Shown: positions 10,303-20,172 of the stretch, one piece after another
Numbering within the stretch: the stretch's first letter is position 1
Layout: every line of letters begins with the position of its first letter
Made by a program: the position numbers and the translations under genes
The notes under the pieces: generated by a model
What the model saw: only the letters and a program-made list of their open reading frames with translations
Database searches by the model: none
What the model was told of the DNA's origin: nothing
Source: a virus
Taxonomy: Duplodnaviria; Caudoviricetes
Reading direction: 5' to 3' (one strand)
DNA: 64,000 bases
Virus record (IMG/VR): IMGVR_UViG_2974512403_000001
Coordinates: 15,222 to 79,221 of that record

Positions 10303-10717
10303 CAAAGTTGAATGTGATGGTTATACGTTTGATAGCACGAAAGAATATAACTTCTACAAAAAATTTATTAAAGATTGTGGATTTAAATTTAAAGTTCATG
10401 AAAAATATACGCTAATAGACAAAATTAAACTTGGTGACAAAATTTCGATCAGGAGTTTAACATACAAGCCTGATTTTATTATCTTCAACAAGGATAATAG
10501 CATCAAACATGTTTATGACGTTAAGAACGGATTTACACCCTATGCAATTGATAGGGGGGCTGGTATATCTTTTAAATTGTTTGCACAGAGCATAGGAACA
10601 CCAGTAGAAGTTGTAGTTGTTAGAACTCATGATTTTAAAACTAAAATATTAGGGACGACCAAAAAGTATGAAATTAAAATTAGAAAGAGTGTCGATTATG
10701 ATTGGAGCGAATGTTGA
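10280..10717 (+). CDS. DUF1064-like PD-(D/E)XK nuclease
   Basis: YGNKVECDGYTFDSTKE and YKPDF...DVK motifs; likely start ATG 10280. Confidence 0.75.
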   Translation: MGLQHYGNKVECDGYTFDSTKEYNFYKKFIKDCGFKFKVHEKYTLIDKIKLGDKISIRSLTYKPDFIIFNKDNSIKHVYDVKNGFTPYAIDRGAGISFKLFAQSIGTPVEVVVVRTHDFKTKILGTTKKYEIKIRKSVDYDWSEC

Positions 10718-11034
10718 TGTATCGTAAATTTGAGGGGGAATTAGACGGGGTAACACTTGATGGAATTAAAGAAATCTTTTTTGATAAATATTATAACATC
10801 GAGCATGGTGCAAAGCAAAGGGTAGAAGATGCAAAATCATTTATTAATAATGAATGCGGAAAATTCTTTGAATTGTATTTTGAGAATAATTTTATTTCTG
10901 TAACACCTTCTGAACAAGTAATGTCCGAAAATGATAGTGTAGCTCATTTTTTAGAAATATTAACTACATATGTTATTACTGGTGAAGACGATGACTTACC
11001 ATATAATAAAGATTTATTTTTTATTGGTAACTAG
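10702..11034 (+). CDS. hypothetical protein
   Basis: ORF in operon context. Confidence 0.6.
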   Translation: MERMLMYRKFEGELDGVTLDGIKEIFFDKYYNIEHGAKQRVEDAKSFINNECGKFFELYFENNFISVTPSEQVMSENDSVAHFLEILTTYVITGEDDDLPYNKDLFFIGN

Positions 11035-11095
11035 TTGACTTGGTTAGCGGATAATGTTACTATTAAATAGTTATAAGACAACATCTAGGAGGAAT

Positions 11096-12064
11096 ATGAT
11101 GGAAACTCAATTGAATGAGCTAAAAGGTAATGCAGTATCAATTGTTGGGACACTAGAATCTAAGGATCTCTCATTAGATAAAGATAAGCAAGGCAACGAT
11201 ATTGTCAAAGGGTTAGTTCGTGTGCAAGTTAAGAATGGCAATAAGGTAAATTCTTTTGTTCTCAATGTATACAATAAGAAATTTACTAACGCTGGTAAAG
11301 AAAACAAACTATATAACGGAATTGTAACAGTTATGAATGAATACAAGTCCATTGAAGAAACTGGTAGTGAAGAAACCGCTGACCGAGTTTCCGTAAATGC
11401 AGACTTGTCATACAACATTTATGCAAAAGATGGGGATATCATGGAAAACAACCGCCTACGTGCAAGTACATTCCATCGAGTAAACGGTAATCAAGGCGCA
11501 AAGGATCAGGCAATTGGTCAAATTACTGCGGTTATTGATAGCTATGTCGACGAAGAAGATTCTAATGGCGACCCAACTGGTAAGACGTTAGTTAACGCAT
11601 TTACTGTTGGTTACAATGGCCGCGTTGGCAAAATCATGAAGCTAAAGGTTGCTGGTGATCTTTCAGAACAAATGCAAAGCTTCTTCCCAACTGGATCTAC
11701 TGGTGTGCTGTCGTATGATTTATTCAATTATGTGATTGTTGAAGAACAAAGTGTTGACAATAACAGTAGCTCATTTGGTGAAATTCATGAAGTTGTACAA
11801 CGCAAGTCATATGTTAACGAACTTCTGATTTCTGGTGGAGAAATGCTTAAGAATGAAGAAGAAGCGTTAGATGAAGATCAAATTAACGCAGCTAAGGTTG
11901 CATTGCGCAAGCAAAAGACAGAAGCACTGTCAAATGACACCCAAAGCGTAACGCACAAGACTGGATTTGGTAGTGCTAAGCCGAAGAGTGAATCAAATTC
12001 ATCTGACCCATTCGCAAATGCTGGTGGTAGTATTGATATTACAGATGATGATTTGCCATTCTAA
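11096..12064 (+). CDS. phage single-stranded DNA-binding protein
   Basis: two OB-like repeats, acidic C-terminal DDDLPF; AGGAGG RBS. Confidence 0.75.
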   Translation: MMETQLNELKGNAVSIVGTLESKDLSLDKDKQGNDIVKGLVRVQVKNGNKVNSFVLNVYNKKFTNAGKENKLYNGIVTVMNEYKSIEETGSEETADRVSVNADLSYNIYAKDGDIMENNRLRASTFHRVNGNQGAKDQAIGQITAVIDSYVDEEDSNGDPTGKTLVNAFTVGYNGRVGKIMKLKVAGDLSEQMQSFFPTGSTGVLSYDLFNYVIVEEQSVDNNSSSFGEIHEVVQRKSYVNELLISGGEMLKNEEEALDEDQINAAKVALRKQKTEALSNDTQSVTHKTGFGSAKPKSESNSSDPFANAGGSIDITDDDLPF

Positions 12065-12096
12065 ATAATCACAATGACATTAATGGAGGAATATGA

Positions 12097-13158
12097 ATGA
12101 TTGATTTAACAAAAATTAAGGCTAACAAAGTTTCAACAGACCCATCAAGCTACAGTTTCTTGCTATATGGTAGTTCTAAGATCGGCAAGACTACTTTCGT
12201 AAATGGATTATTTCCAAATAATCGTTTACTTAACGTCATGACGGAAAAACGATATGGCGCCTTAGATGGTGCTATGGTTCAGTACATTTCTTCATGGGGC
12301 GAATTTAAGCAAGTTTTGGCACAATTAAAACGGCCAGAAGTGCAGAAGAACTTCGATGCTGTCTCAATCGATACTGTTGAAAACTTATATCGCTATGCAA
12401 CTAAATTTACTGCTGGACAATTTGGCGAATTTAGTGTCGGTGATGGTGATGTTGGTTATGGTCGTGATTATACTCGACTAGATGAAGTTTGGTTCCGGGG
12501 ATTAAAGGAACTAGAATCATTGCCTTATACGAATATTTTTGTATCTCATTCTACCAGCATTCAAGCCAAGATTCCATATATTGACTCTGATGAAGTTGAA
12601 AACATCCCAGATGCAACCACTAGTGAAGAAAAAGATGGCAGCAAGTTTATCGAGTTCACAAAGATCGTCCCAGACTTGAAACAAAAGGCGTTGGGACCCG
12701 TTTCAAAAATGGTTGATAATATCTTATTCGCAGAAAATAACTTGGTGAATGGCAAAGAAACACGCGTGTTACATCTACGTGGATCACTACAATACGATGC
12801 TGGGACAACATTTAAGAACGTTAAGCCTGTCATTGGGTTTAGTCCAGAAGAATACACAAAAGAAGTAAAGCGATCATTAGGTGAAAACTACTCTGAAACC
12901 ACTGATAAGAAAGTCTTACATGCAGATGTTAAGGATAATGAATACGATTTTAAAGAATTACTTGAAAAAACCAAAAAGGTCGCATTTTCGTTCAGTGAAA
13001 ACGATGACATGAAGTCGTTAACAACCATTGTTGAATCTGTAATTGGTAAAGGCCATAAGGTTAATGATTTAGATGAAAAACGGTCAGATGACTTGCTTGT
13101 TATTTTGTCAGAATTGAAATCAGAAGCCGATAAGAAGGGTTACTCATATGGGGAATAA
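12097..13158 (+). CDS. Sak4/AAA_24-like ATPase (ssDNA annealing)
   Basis: GSSKIGKTT Walker A, SIDTV Walker B, VSH; next to SSB. Confidence 0.8.
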   Translation: MIDLTKIKANKVSTDPSSYSFLLYGSSKIGKTTFVNGLFPNNRLLNVMTEKRYGALDGAMVQYISSWGEFKQVLAQLKRPEVQKNFDAVSIDTVENLYRYATKFTAGQFGEFSVGDGDVGYGRDYTRLDEVWFRGLKELESLPYTNIFVSHSTSIQAKIPYIDSDEVENIPDATTSEEKDGSKFIEFTKIVPDLKQKALGPVSKMVDNILFAENNLVNGKETRVLHLRGSLQYDAGTTFKNVKPVIGFSPEEYTKEVKRSLGENYSETTDKKVLHADVKDNEYDFKELLEKTKKVAFSFSENDDMKSLTTIVESVIGKGHKVNDLDEKRSDDLLVILSELKSEADKKGYSYGE

Positions 13159-13351
13159 CTATATTGGATCTACAAATCCGGCGTTTCTAAACGCTACTGA
13201 CGCATTATCCAAGGCACTCAGCAATGTTGAAACTAGCAAGTTTACCCAGGCAGAAGCATATATGATCTATTCAATGTCGTCAAAAGTCAGTCGTGCTGTT
13301 TTAGAATCTGTTCCGTATGACATGTTAGGAGATAGTGATAACAATGAGTAG
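13148..13351 (+). CDS. hypothetical protein
   Basis: overlapping-gene operon context. Confidence 0.55.
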   Translation: MGNNYIGSTNPAFLNATDALSKALSNVETSKFTQAEAYMIYSMSSKVSRAVLESVPYDMLGDSDNNE

Positions 13352-13541
13352 TAATTTGCTAGATTGGCAAGATGAAATTTTGGGTGTCGACAGTAGTATT
13401 GATTATTTGGCTAATGTATTGGAAGCAAGAGACATTAGTATGGCTGATGGCAGATGCACCCTAGTAGAAATTGATTCACTTATCAATAAGTTAAATGGGA
13501 TTAAGTGGATGTTAAAAAATGCTATGATCGGAGAAAATTGA
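13344..13541 (+). CDS. hypothetical protein
   Basis: likely ATG 13344 after AGGAG. Confidence 0.55.
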   Translation: MSSNLLDWQDEILGVDSSIDYLANVLEARDISMADGRCTLVEIDSLINKLNGIKWMLKNAMIGEN

Positions 13542-14764
13542 TGGCTATTTACAGCGACAAAAAAGATAAGAAACATGAAATTGATGATGTCGGTCTTGAA
13601 AAGGCCGTTAAATATAAGATCGAATTACAACGTGATAATGGACGTGCTAATTGGAATAAAGTGGCACGACTATTACGTGAAGATGGCTATGATGCAAAAC
13701 AATGTGAAGGATTTCGTCAGGCCGTAAAGAACAAGCAGCATAAAATGGGTCTTTTACCAACTCAAAAAGATCAGTGGTCAAATGAACTTGACCATAAGAA
13801 AGACGCAATTAACAAAGAAATCGATCAAATGCTTCTTGAAAAACGTGAGCTTCAATTAATTAGACGAGACTTCAATAAGAATCGTCGGGCATACGCAGAT
13901 CAGGAATTATTCAAGCGCGATATTGCTACTGCTTTAAAGAAGAGCATCCATATTGACATCGTAAGCCCACCTAAAACGACTTACGCATACGGGCAACATG
14001 CTTTGCTTGTTGTGCTTTCAGATCTTCACATCGGAGCAAGTGTCGACGTTGATGGATATGCGTACAATGAAGACATTGCAAAGCAAAAGCTTGAACAATA
14101 TCGTGATCGGGTTGTAGAATATGCAAAGATGGCTAAGCCTGGCGTAATCTATGTTGAAAATATTGGTGATAGCATTGAAGGTGCGTACATGCGTAGTAAC
14201 CAATCGTACGAAATCACCATGAAATTATCAGATCAGATTAAGACGGCTGTTAAATTAATTTCTGAGTTTGTTGTTGGACTGCAACAAGAATTGGGAATTG
14301 AAGTTTATTACACTGGTATCATGGGAAACCACGACCGTGCCAATGGAAACAAGTTTGATAACCTGCCGGATGATGGCTTTCAAACAGTCATCTCAATGGC
14401 TTTGTCAACGATCTCTGAACAGTACGATAAGTTACACGTACTAGAACCAGATAAGCAAACAGAAGATCATATTAGCGTGAACGGCACAAACGTCAAGTTT
14501 GTTCATGGGGACTTACAGAACTTGTCTAAATCAGAAACGTTAGCCACATCAAGCCAATTTGATGATATGCGGTATAGCGCTTTGGTTGGTGGACATTTCC
14601 ATAGTTTAGCTATTCGTGAAGAATCTGGACTAGTTATTCAGTCTGGGTCAGTAATTGGCCCGACAAGCTATTCTGAGCGTTTGCACTTTAAAGCATCACG
14701 ATCACAGGTGATTTTAGATGTTGATGAACATGGCGTTATTACGCCAATTCCAGTTATCTTATAA
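13541..14764 (+). CDS. calcineurin-like metallophosphoesterase with N-terminal helical/coiled-coil region
   Basis: SDLHIG, GDSIEG, GNHDR, HGD, GHFH motifs; likely start 13541. Confidence 0.85.
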   Translation: MAIYSDKKDKKHEIDDVGLEKAVKYKIELQRDNGRANWNKVARLLREDGYDAKQCEGFRQAVKNKQHKMGLLPTQKDQWSNELDHKKDAINKEIDQMLLEKRELQLIRRDFNKNRRAYADQELFKRDIATALKKSIHIDIVSPPKTTYAYGQHALLVVLSDLHIGASVDVDGYAYNEDIAKQKLEQYRDRVVEYAKMAKPGVIYVENIGDSIEGAYMRSNQSYEITMKLSDQIKTAVKLISEFVVGLQQELGIEVYYTGIMGNHDRANGNKFDNLPDDGFQTVISMALSTISEQYDKLHVLEPDKQTEDHISVNGTNVKFVHGDLQNLSKSETLATSSQFDDMRYSALVGGHFHSLAIREESGLVIQSGSVIGPTSYSERLHFKASRSQVILDVDEHGVITPIPVIL

Positions 14765-14782
14765 AAGAAAGAAGATTAAAAA

Positions 14783-15547
14783 TTGCAATCTAATGTACTT
14801 AACGAACAGTCTGTAACGAAAAACGAAAACTATTTTAAGTGGCTATTTAATCAAATCAAGGGGTGGCCACAACAAAATTACTACTTATTCTGGTTTGCCA
14901 TCGGTGCACAAGTAATGACGCTTGTTAGCAACCCTATCACATTAGTTTCATTTTTAACTTTCGTTGGTACGACTTTAGGCGTACTTTGCGTTTTGAGTAT
15001 TAATGCTGCTAAATCTGTCAATGGATGGTTAGGGCTTGTATCAGCGATGCTATTCATCTATGTAGGGTTTGAAGCCAAAAATTACCTCAGCATGGCCGAA
15101 CAGTTAGCATACATTGTTACTCTTGATCTGCCGGTGTTATTAGCAGTTAAGTCTTGGAACGGAAATACTGTTCATAACTTGCGGAAATTTGGCTCAAAAG
15201 AATGGATGATCGCAATTGTTGGAACATTGGTTGTTTATGCCTTGTCTGGTTATTTAATTGGTGCGTTAACAGACGATCCTCGTCCATGGATTGATGCAAT
15301 TGCTTTCTCAATTAGTTTAACTGCCGGAGTTATGTGCTTCATGCGCTATAACAATCAGTATTACTGGTGGTTAGCATCTGGGTTAGCACAAATGGTTTTG
15401 TGGTTTGTATCTTTCAAGCAAGGATCAGCAACGCTTGCAATGTTTGTTAACAGTTCAATTTACTTGATGAATGATGTCTTAGCGTTCACGGTATCGCCAT
15501 GGTTCTCACGAGGGCGTAAAAATGCTGGACTAGAACAGATTAAGTAA
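14783..15547 (+). CDS. pnuC: PnuC-family nucleoside/vitamin transporter
   Basis: multi-TM protein with DPRPWIDAI...YWWLASG pattern. Confidence 0.8.
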   Translation: MQSNVLNEQSVTKNENYFKWLFNQIKGWPQQNYYLFWFAIGAQVMTLVSNPITLVSFLTFVGTTLGVLCVLSINAAKSVNGWLGLVSAMLFIYVGFEAKNYLSMAEQLAYIVTLDLPVLLAVKSWNGNTVHNLRKFGSKEWMIAIVGTLVVYALSGYLIGALTDDPRPWIDAIAFSISLTAGVMCFMRYNNQYYWWLASGLAQMVLWFVSFKQGSATLAMFVNSSIYLMNDVLAFTVSPWFSRGRKNAGLEQIK

Positions 15548-15566
15548 TTCTATAGGAGGTACCATT

Positions 15567-15773
15567 ATGGAAGATGAATGTGTCCCAATTGAAGTATTAG
15601 AAGATGAAAGAAAAGAAGCTAAACAGGATGCTGTGTTAGACGTAATTGAGCGTATTCACTCATTGATTGGTAATGGAATTTCTTCTCATCAATTCAAAGT
15701 TATTGCAGATGATCTGACAAATTACTACGACATTCATGACCCCATTGATGGCTATGATTACAATGTTCAATGA
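15567..15773 (+). CDS. hypothetical protein
   Basis: AGGAGG RBS. Confidence 0.6.
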   Translation: MEDECVPIEVLEDERKEAKQDAVLDVIERIHSLIGNGISSHQFKVIADDLTNYYDIHDPIDGYDYNVQ

Positions 15774-15930
15774 TTTCATGGAAGAGTCTGAGCGTATTAA
15801 TTGGCTTGAACAAAAAGTTGAGGAATACAAAGATAAAATTGATGTTTTAAATGATAAGATTGAGGATTTACAATATCTCAATGAAGCCCTAGAACAAGAG
15901 AATAACTATCTTAGCAATAGGATGTTTTAG
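15763..15930 (+). CDS. coiled-coil hypothetical protein
   Basis: heptad pattern; start uncertain. Confidence 0.5.
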   Translation: MFNDFMEESERINWLEQKVEEYKDKIDVLNDKIEDLQYLNEALEQENNYLSNRMF

Positions 15931-15942
15931 AAAGGATTATTA

Positions 15943-16263
15943 ATGACGCAAAAAGTTTTAACAACCGTTTATAGGAAAGACAATTGTAGCCAATGCCGTA
16001 TGACTTTAAAGACGATGGATAAATACGATATTCATCCATTAATTGCTAATATTTCTGACTTGTCAGATGATGAAATTGAGGGATTAAAAGAAAAGGGTAT
16101 GGGACACGCGCCAATCGTAACGTTTAGCTATCTTAGAGAAGATAAGGGTGTGTCCGTATCAGAAACCGGCTTGTGGTCAGGATTCCAGGTGGATGAAATT
16201 AAGAAACTTTCTAAGTTGTATAAGGATGGTGCAAAATGGAAGAACAGAAGTTCAGAGAATTAG
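15943..16263 (+). CDS. nrdH: NrdH-like glutaredoxin
   Basis: CSQC redox motif, APIV, WSGFQ. Confidence 0.8.
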   Translation: MTQKVLTTVYRKDNCSQCRMTLKTMDKYDIHPLIANISDLSDDEIEGLKEKGMGHAPIVTFSYLREDKGVSVSETGLWSGFQVDEIKKLSKLYKDGAKWKNRSSEN

Positions 16264-16481
16264 CAATTGAACAGGTGAAAAAGTATTGCCAAAACGTAAC
16301 TGGTATTACGGTGTTTGAAACATATGTTGTCTGGATCGTCAAAGATTTACAGAACAACAAGGCATTACTATCCACAAACATTCCAGATGGAAGATATTAT
16401 GAAGTTACCCACGATGGAGATAAGCATGAACTGTATGTTGATGCTTACGCAAAAGAAAAGAATTTTTCAGTCAAAGTTTAA
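16236..16481 (+). CDS. DUF6275-like phage protein
   Basis: VVW..KDLQNNKALLST..DGRYYEVT.DGDK.ELYVDAY pattern. Confidence 0.6.
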   Translation: MEEQKFRELAIEQVKKYCQNVTGITVFETYVVWIVKDLQNNKALLSTNIPDGRYYEVTHDGDKHELYVDAYAKEKNFSVKV

Positions 16482-16487
16482 TATTAA

Positions 16488-16521
16488 TTGACAAAAGCAT
16501 ATCATTTATGATATGCTTTTT
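16488..16521 (+). promoter_or_regulatory. promoter overlapping a palindromic terminator-like hairpin
   Basis: TTGACA-18-TATGCT; AAAGCATATCAT-TT-ATGATATGCTTT perfect inverted repeat then T-run. Confidence 0.6.
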
Positions 16522-16548
16522 ATGTTGATAAATGAAAGAAGGTAAATA

Positions 16549-16944
16549 GTGATGGAAAAAACGAAAACTAAAGATTTGGAAGTTGGTCAAGATCTATATG
16601 ACTTTTATATAGATGATAATGGACATGTAAAAGCGTCTAAGGTATACGTTATTAAAAAGAACAAGACGAATTTTTACTTTTCATATGACAAGTATGGACG
16701 AACAAATAGTTATATGTGTTTAAAGACAACAGGAACACTGCCAAAGTTATGGCGACCCAGCTTTATTGAATTACACTATATCTCTGACGACGAAAATTTT
16801 GGAGAAGAATGGGAAAAACAAGTCAAAGAACGTTCACGGTACAAGGAAAAAATTGAACATAGTATTAATGAACTATTTTTTGGCAATTACAACATTGAAG
16901 ATTATAAGAATGTTTCCAAATCTTTAGATGATATTTTGAAATAA
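16549..16944 (+). CDS. hypothetical protein
   Basis: ORF with RBS. Confidence 0.6.
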   Translation: MMEKTKTKDLEVGQDLYDFYIDDNGHVKASKVYVIKKNKTNFYFSYDKYGRTNSYMCLKTTGTLPKLWRPSFIELHYISDDENFGEEWEKQVKERSRYKEKIEHSINELFFGNYNIEDYKNVSKSLDDILK

Positions 16945-16945
16945 T

Positions 16946-17278
16946 ATGGAGGAATTAAATATGAAAACATACAAGCAACGATTACACAAAGATTTTTACA
17001 AGAGAGTTGAATATGCAAGACAGATTGCGAAAAATAATGATGACTGTTTGCCACAAGAAAACAGGAGACTGTTTAGGTTGGCACACGGTACCATCAATAA
17101 TTATACATCTAACGCAGATTTTCCGACAAAGAATAATAGAAATGTATGTTTTGGAGCGCATGGTCTTCGTTACGGTGATGGCTATACGGAGTCCAAGATT
17201 ACTTCACTTTTAATTGGACTTAGTTCAGAAGAAATTGTTAACAAATTACAGAATGTAATCAACAATCTTGTTAACTAA
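16946..17278 (+). CDS. hypothetical protein
   Basis: ORF; likely start 16961 after GGAGG. Confidence 0.6.
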   Translation: MEELNMKTYKQRLHKDFYKRVEYARQIAKNNDDCLPQENRRLFRLAHGTINNYTSNADFPTKNNRNVCFGAHGLRYGDGYTESKITSLLIGLSSEEIVNKLQNVINNLVN

Positions 17279-17309
17279 AATATAGCTTTTATAAAGGAAG
17301 TGAACAGTT

Positions 17310-17795
17310 ATGACCCCTATTCTTGATGCTTGCTGTGGTGGAAAAATGTTTTGGTTTGACAAAGACAATCAAAACGTTACATTTATGGATCGTCGTGAGG
17401 AAGAAAACATCATTGGTAAATATCAAACAAAACAAGGAGAAAAAGACAGGGTGTTAAGGGTTGCACCAGATATAGTTGGCGATTTTAGAAATATGCCATT
17501 CAGCAATGAATCATTTTACATGGTCGTGTTTGATCCACCACATTTACGGTATGCCGGTAAATCATCATGGCTGGCCAAGAAGTATGGCACGTTAGACGAA
17601 ACTTGGCCATTTGATCTACGGAAGGGGTTTACCGAGTGCATGCGGGTATTAAAGCCGCATGGCACATTAATATTTAAATGGAATGAAGAACAAATTAAAT
17701 TGAGTGAGCTGTTAGATGCTATTGGACAACAACCGTTGTTTGGAGACAAGCGTGGCAAGACACACTGGTTGGTATTTATGAAAGGAATTTTATAA
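17310..17795 (+). CDS. small SAM-dependent methyltransferase (amino-MTase-like)
   Basis: ILDACCGG SAM motif, FDPPH catalytic-type motif, RVLKPHG. Confidence 0.8.
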   Translation: MTPILDACCGGKMFWFDKDNQNVTFMDRREEENIIGKYQTKQGEKDRVLRVAPDIVGDFRNMPFSNESFYMVVFDPPHLRYAGKSSWLAKKYGTLDETWPFDLRKGFTECMRVLKPHGTLIFKWNEEQIKLSELLDAIGQQPLFGDKRGKTHWLVFMKGIL

Positions 17796-19915
17796 TGAGA
17801 TTTTTAGATCTATTTGCTGGTGTTGGTGGGATTAGGCTTGGTATGGAACAAGCCGGACACAAGTGTGTTGGGTGGGTAGAATGGGACAAATTCGCTCGAA
17901 AAAGCTATATTGCAGTCCACAATCCTACAAACGAGTACACAGAGAAAGATATTAATGATATTAAAGTGAGCGATTTACCAGTTGCTGATTGTTGGTGTTT
18001 TGGCTTTCCTTGCAGCCCAGCCGGAACAAAAGTGAAAACAATTGATGGATATAAAAATATCGAAGATATTAAAAAAGGTGATCTAGTTTTAACTCATCAA
18101 GGCCGTTATCAGAAGGTTATTCGACCAATGTCTAAAATTGCTGTAGCAATAAATAAAATCAACGCAAAAGGAGTATTCGACTTACAGCTAACTGATAATC
18201 ATCCATTATACGTATATAACATTAACACTAAAGAGTTTGAATGGGTTAAAGCTTCCAAGTTAAATAAAGATATTCACTATCTAACTCTAAACATCAATAG
18301 ACAAGAAGATAGAATTAATCTATCAAATGATGATATTTGGTTATTGGGTAGATATGTTTCTGACGGATATAAAAGTAAAAACGCAAGTTCATATACACAA
18401 TTTGCGGTAAGAAACTCTAAAGAAAATGAATTTGTTGGCCATTTAGGCGAACATGATTATTCTATTTATCATTCTGATAGAACTGCTCCTGAATATGTAA
18501 TCAAAGACCAAATATTTAGTAATTTAGCTGGTGAATTTGGAGATGGAGCTAAAAATAAGCGCTTAGCAGAATGGATCGTTAATGCGCCTATTAATCAAAT
18601 TAAAACTTTTATTGACGGTTATCTTTCTGGTGATGGATATATTTCTAATGTTAGAACGATGTGGTCTACTGTTTCTGAAGAACTAGCATTAGGATTACAG
18701 TCTTTGTTTATTAAGGCGTTTCATAAGGTTCCAGCAATTTATGTCCGTCACGATAGGCGAAGTGTTACTTTTAATGATACGTATAATTCTCAGATTCATA
18801 AAAAAGATGTTGGAACATTTGTAGTTGGAAATTACATGTGTACAAAAATTAAAAATATCGAAAGAACAGAGCGGCCTGTCGAAGTTTTCAATATGGAAGT
18901 TGAAAACGACAACTCTTATACACTAGAGAATATTATTGTTCACAATTGCCAAGATATATCAGTCGCTGGTAAACAAGGAGGATTCACAAATGGAAAAAGG
19001 TCAAGTCTGTTCTTCAAAGTCACAGGACTTATTAGGGAACTCAAAGAAGAAGATAAACCCAGCTACCTATTCATTGAAAATGTTAAAAACCTACTTAGCA
19101 TCAACAAGGGGTGGGACTTCGCAAAGTTGCAAATTGAATTGGATGAAATCGGGTACGATGTCGAATGGGACGTTCTCGACTCAGCAGAAGTCGTGCCTCA
19201 GCACCGGGAACGCATCTTCATTATCGGACATCTTAGAGGACGAGGTACCAGAAAAGTATTTCCTATCTCAAGACAAGGTAGAAAAACTAGTAACGAAATA
19301 AAAGAAATTACTAAGGTCAATAAAAATCGCCACAGCTCAGAGGGAAATTCCGTATTAGATACAAATGGTTTGGGGCAAACTATTTCTGCAACTAGCTTTA
19401 AGCATGTGATGAAAATTGCTATTAACCAGGTTGGTAATATAAGCAACTCAAAATCATATAATGGCAATCCACAGGTTGGCCGTGTATATGGGACTGATGG
19501 AATTGCACCAACTCTAAGCACTATGCAAGGTGGTGGTCAAGAGCCAAAGATTGCTGTTGCTAAAAAACGATTTGGAAGACTTGGAATACAGGCAGTAGAA
19601 ACATTTAATTACAAACGGCCAAAATATGGAGATACGATTGATCCATATAATAAACGTATTCGTACTGATGGGAATACAAATACCATAACAACAAGACCAG
19701 AGGGACTTAAAACGGCAATACTTCCAGTTACACAGGATATGCGAATCAGAAAACTAATACCACTTGAATGCTGGCGACTGCAAGGTTTCCCAGATTGGGC
19801 GTTTGAACGTGCTAAGCAAGCCGGATTAAGTGACAGCCAACTGTATAAGCAGGCAGGCAACAGTGTGACGGTGCCTGTTATTAAAGCGATTGCTAAGAAT
19901 ATGGAGATGTATTAA
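17795..19915 (+). CDS. dcm: C5-cytosine DNA methyltransferase containing an intein
   Basis: DLFAGVGG (I), GFP-C (IV, split), IENV (VI), QHRERIF (VIII), RLQGFPD (IX), YKQAGNSV (X). Confidence 0.93.
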   Translation: MRFLDLFAGVGGIRLGMEQAGHKCVGWVEWDKFARKSYIAVHNPTNEYTEKDINDIKVSDLPVADCWCFGFPCSPAGTKVKTIDGYKNIEDIKKGDLVLTHQGRYQKVIRPMSKIAVAINKINAKGVFDLQLTDNHPLYVYNINTKEFEWVKASKLNKDIHYLTLNINRQEDRINLSNDDIWLLGRYVSDGYKSKNASSYTQFAVRNSKENEFVGHLGEHDYSIYHSDRTAPEYVIKDQIFSNLAGEFGDGAKNKRLAEWIVNAPINQIKTFIDGYLSGDGYISNVRTMWSTVSEELALGLQSLFIKAFHKVPAIYVRHDRRSVTFNDTYNSQIHKKDVGTFVVGNYMCTKIKNIERTERPVEVFNMEVENDNSYTLENIIVHNCQDISVAGKQGGFTNGKRSSLFFKVTGLIRELKEEDKPSYLFIENVKNLLSINKGWDFAKLQIELDEIGYDVEWDVLDSAEVVPQHRERIFIIGHLRGRGTRKVFPISRQGRKTSNEIKEITKVNKNRHSSEGNSVLDTNGLGQTISATSFKHVMKIAINQVGNISNSKSYNGNPQVGRVYGTDGIAPTLSTMQGGGQEPKIAVAKKRFGRLGIQAVETFNYKRPKYGDTIDPYNKRIRTDGNTNTITTRPEGLKTAILPVTQDMRIRKLIPLECWRLQGFPDWAFERAKQAGLSDSQLYKQAGNSVTVPVIKAIAKNMEMY
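18011..18946 (+). mobile_element. 312-aa intein with LAGLIDADG endonuclease
   Basis: starts CSPAGTKV, ends VHN before +1 Cys; LLGRYVSDG and FIDGYLSGDG blocks. Confidence 0.92.
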
Positions 19916-20104
19916 ATGCAAAAAGACAACCTAAGAACTAAATTAGAAGAAGTAATTGATAGATATGGGTTAACATATGAGAGTTACGATGAAGAAGGAG
20001 ATCTAGCGCCGTCAAATGTTGAATATGACTTGATTGATGATATTGTTGATCTGGTTTCAGATGAAGTTTCAGGATTTATTTTAGAACAGAACAAAATTAT
20101 TTAA
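19916..20104 (+). CDS. small acidic hypothetical protein
   Basis: ORF after MTase. Confidence 0.55.
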   Translation: MQKDNLRTKLEEVIDRYGLTYESYDEEGDLAPSNVEYDLIDDIVDLVSDEVSGFILEQNKII

Positions 20105-20112
20105 ATCAGGTA

Positions 20113-20141
20113 TTGACATAGCATACGTTATTTAGTATGCT
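20113..20141 (+). promoter_or_regulatory. sigma70-type promoter of mazF operon
   Basis: TTGACA-17-TATGCT; overlaps inverted repeat TAGCATAC/GTATGCTA. Confidence 0.75.
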
Positions 20142-20172
20142 ATATACATATTGAAGAAAGAGGTAAATAATT

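Noticed and set aside
19916-20104. Small acidic ORF as a MazE antitoxin
   Set aside because: Separated from mazF by a promoter and hairpin, and no AbrB or RHH signature is evident. Cannot be fully excluded without a rescue test.
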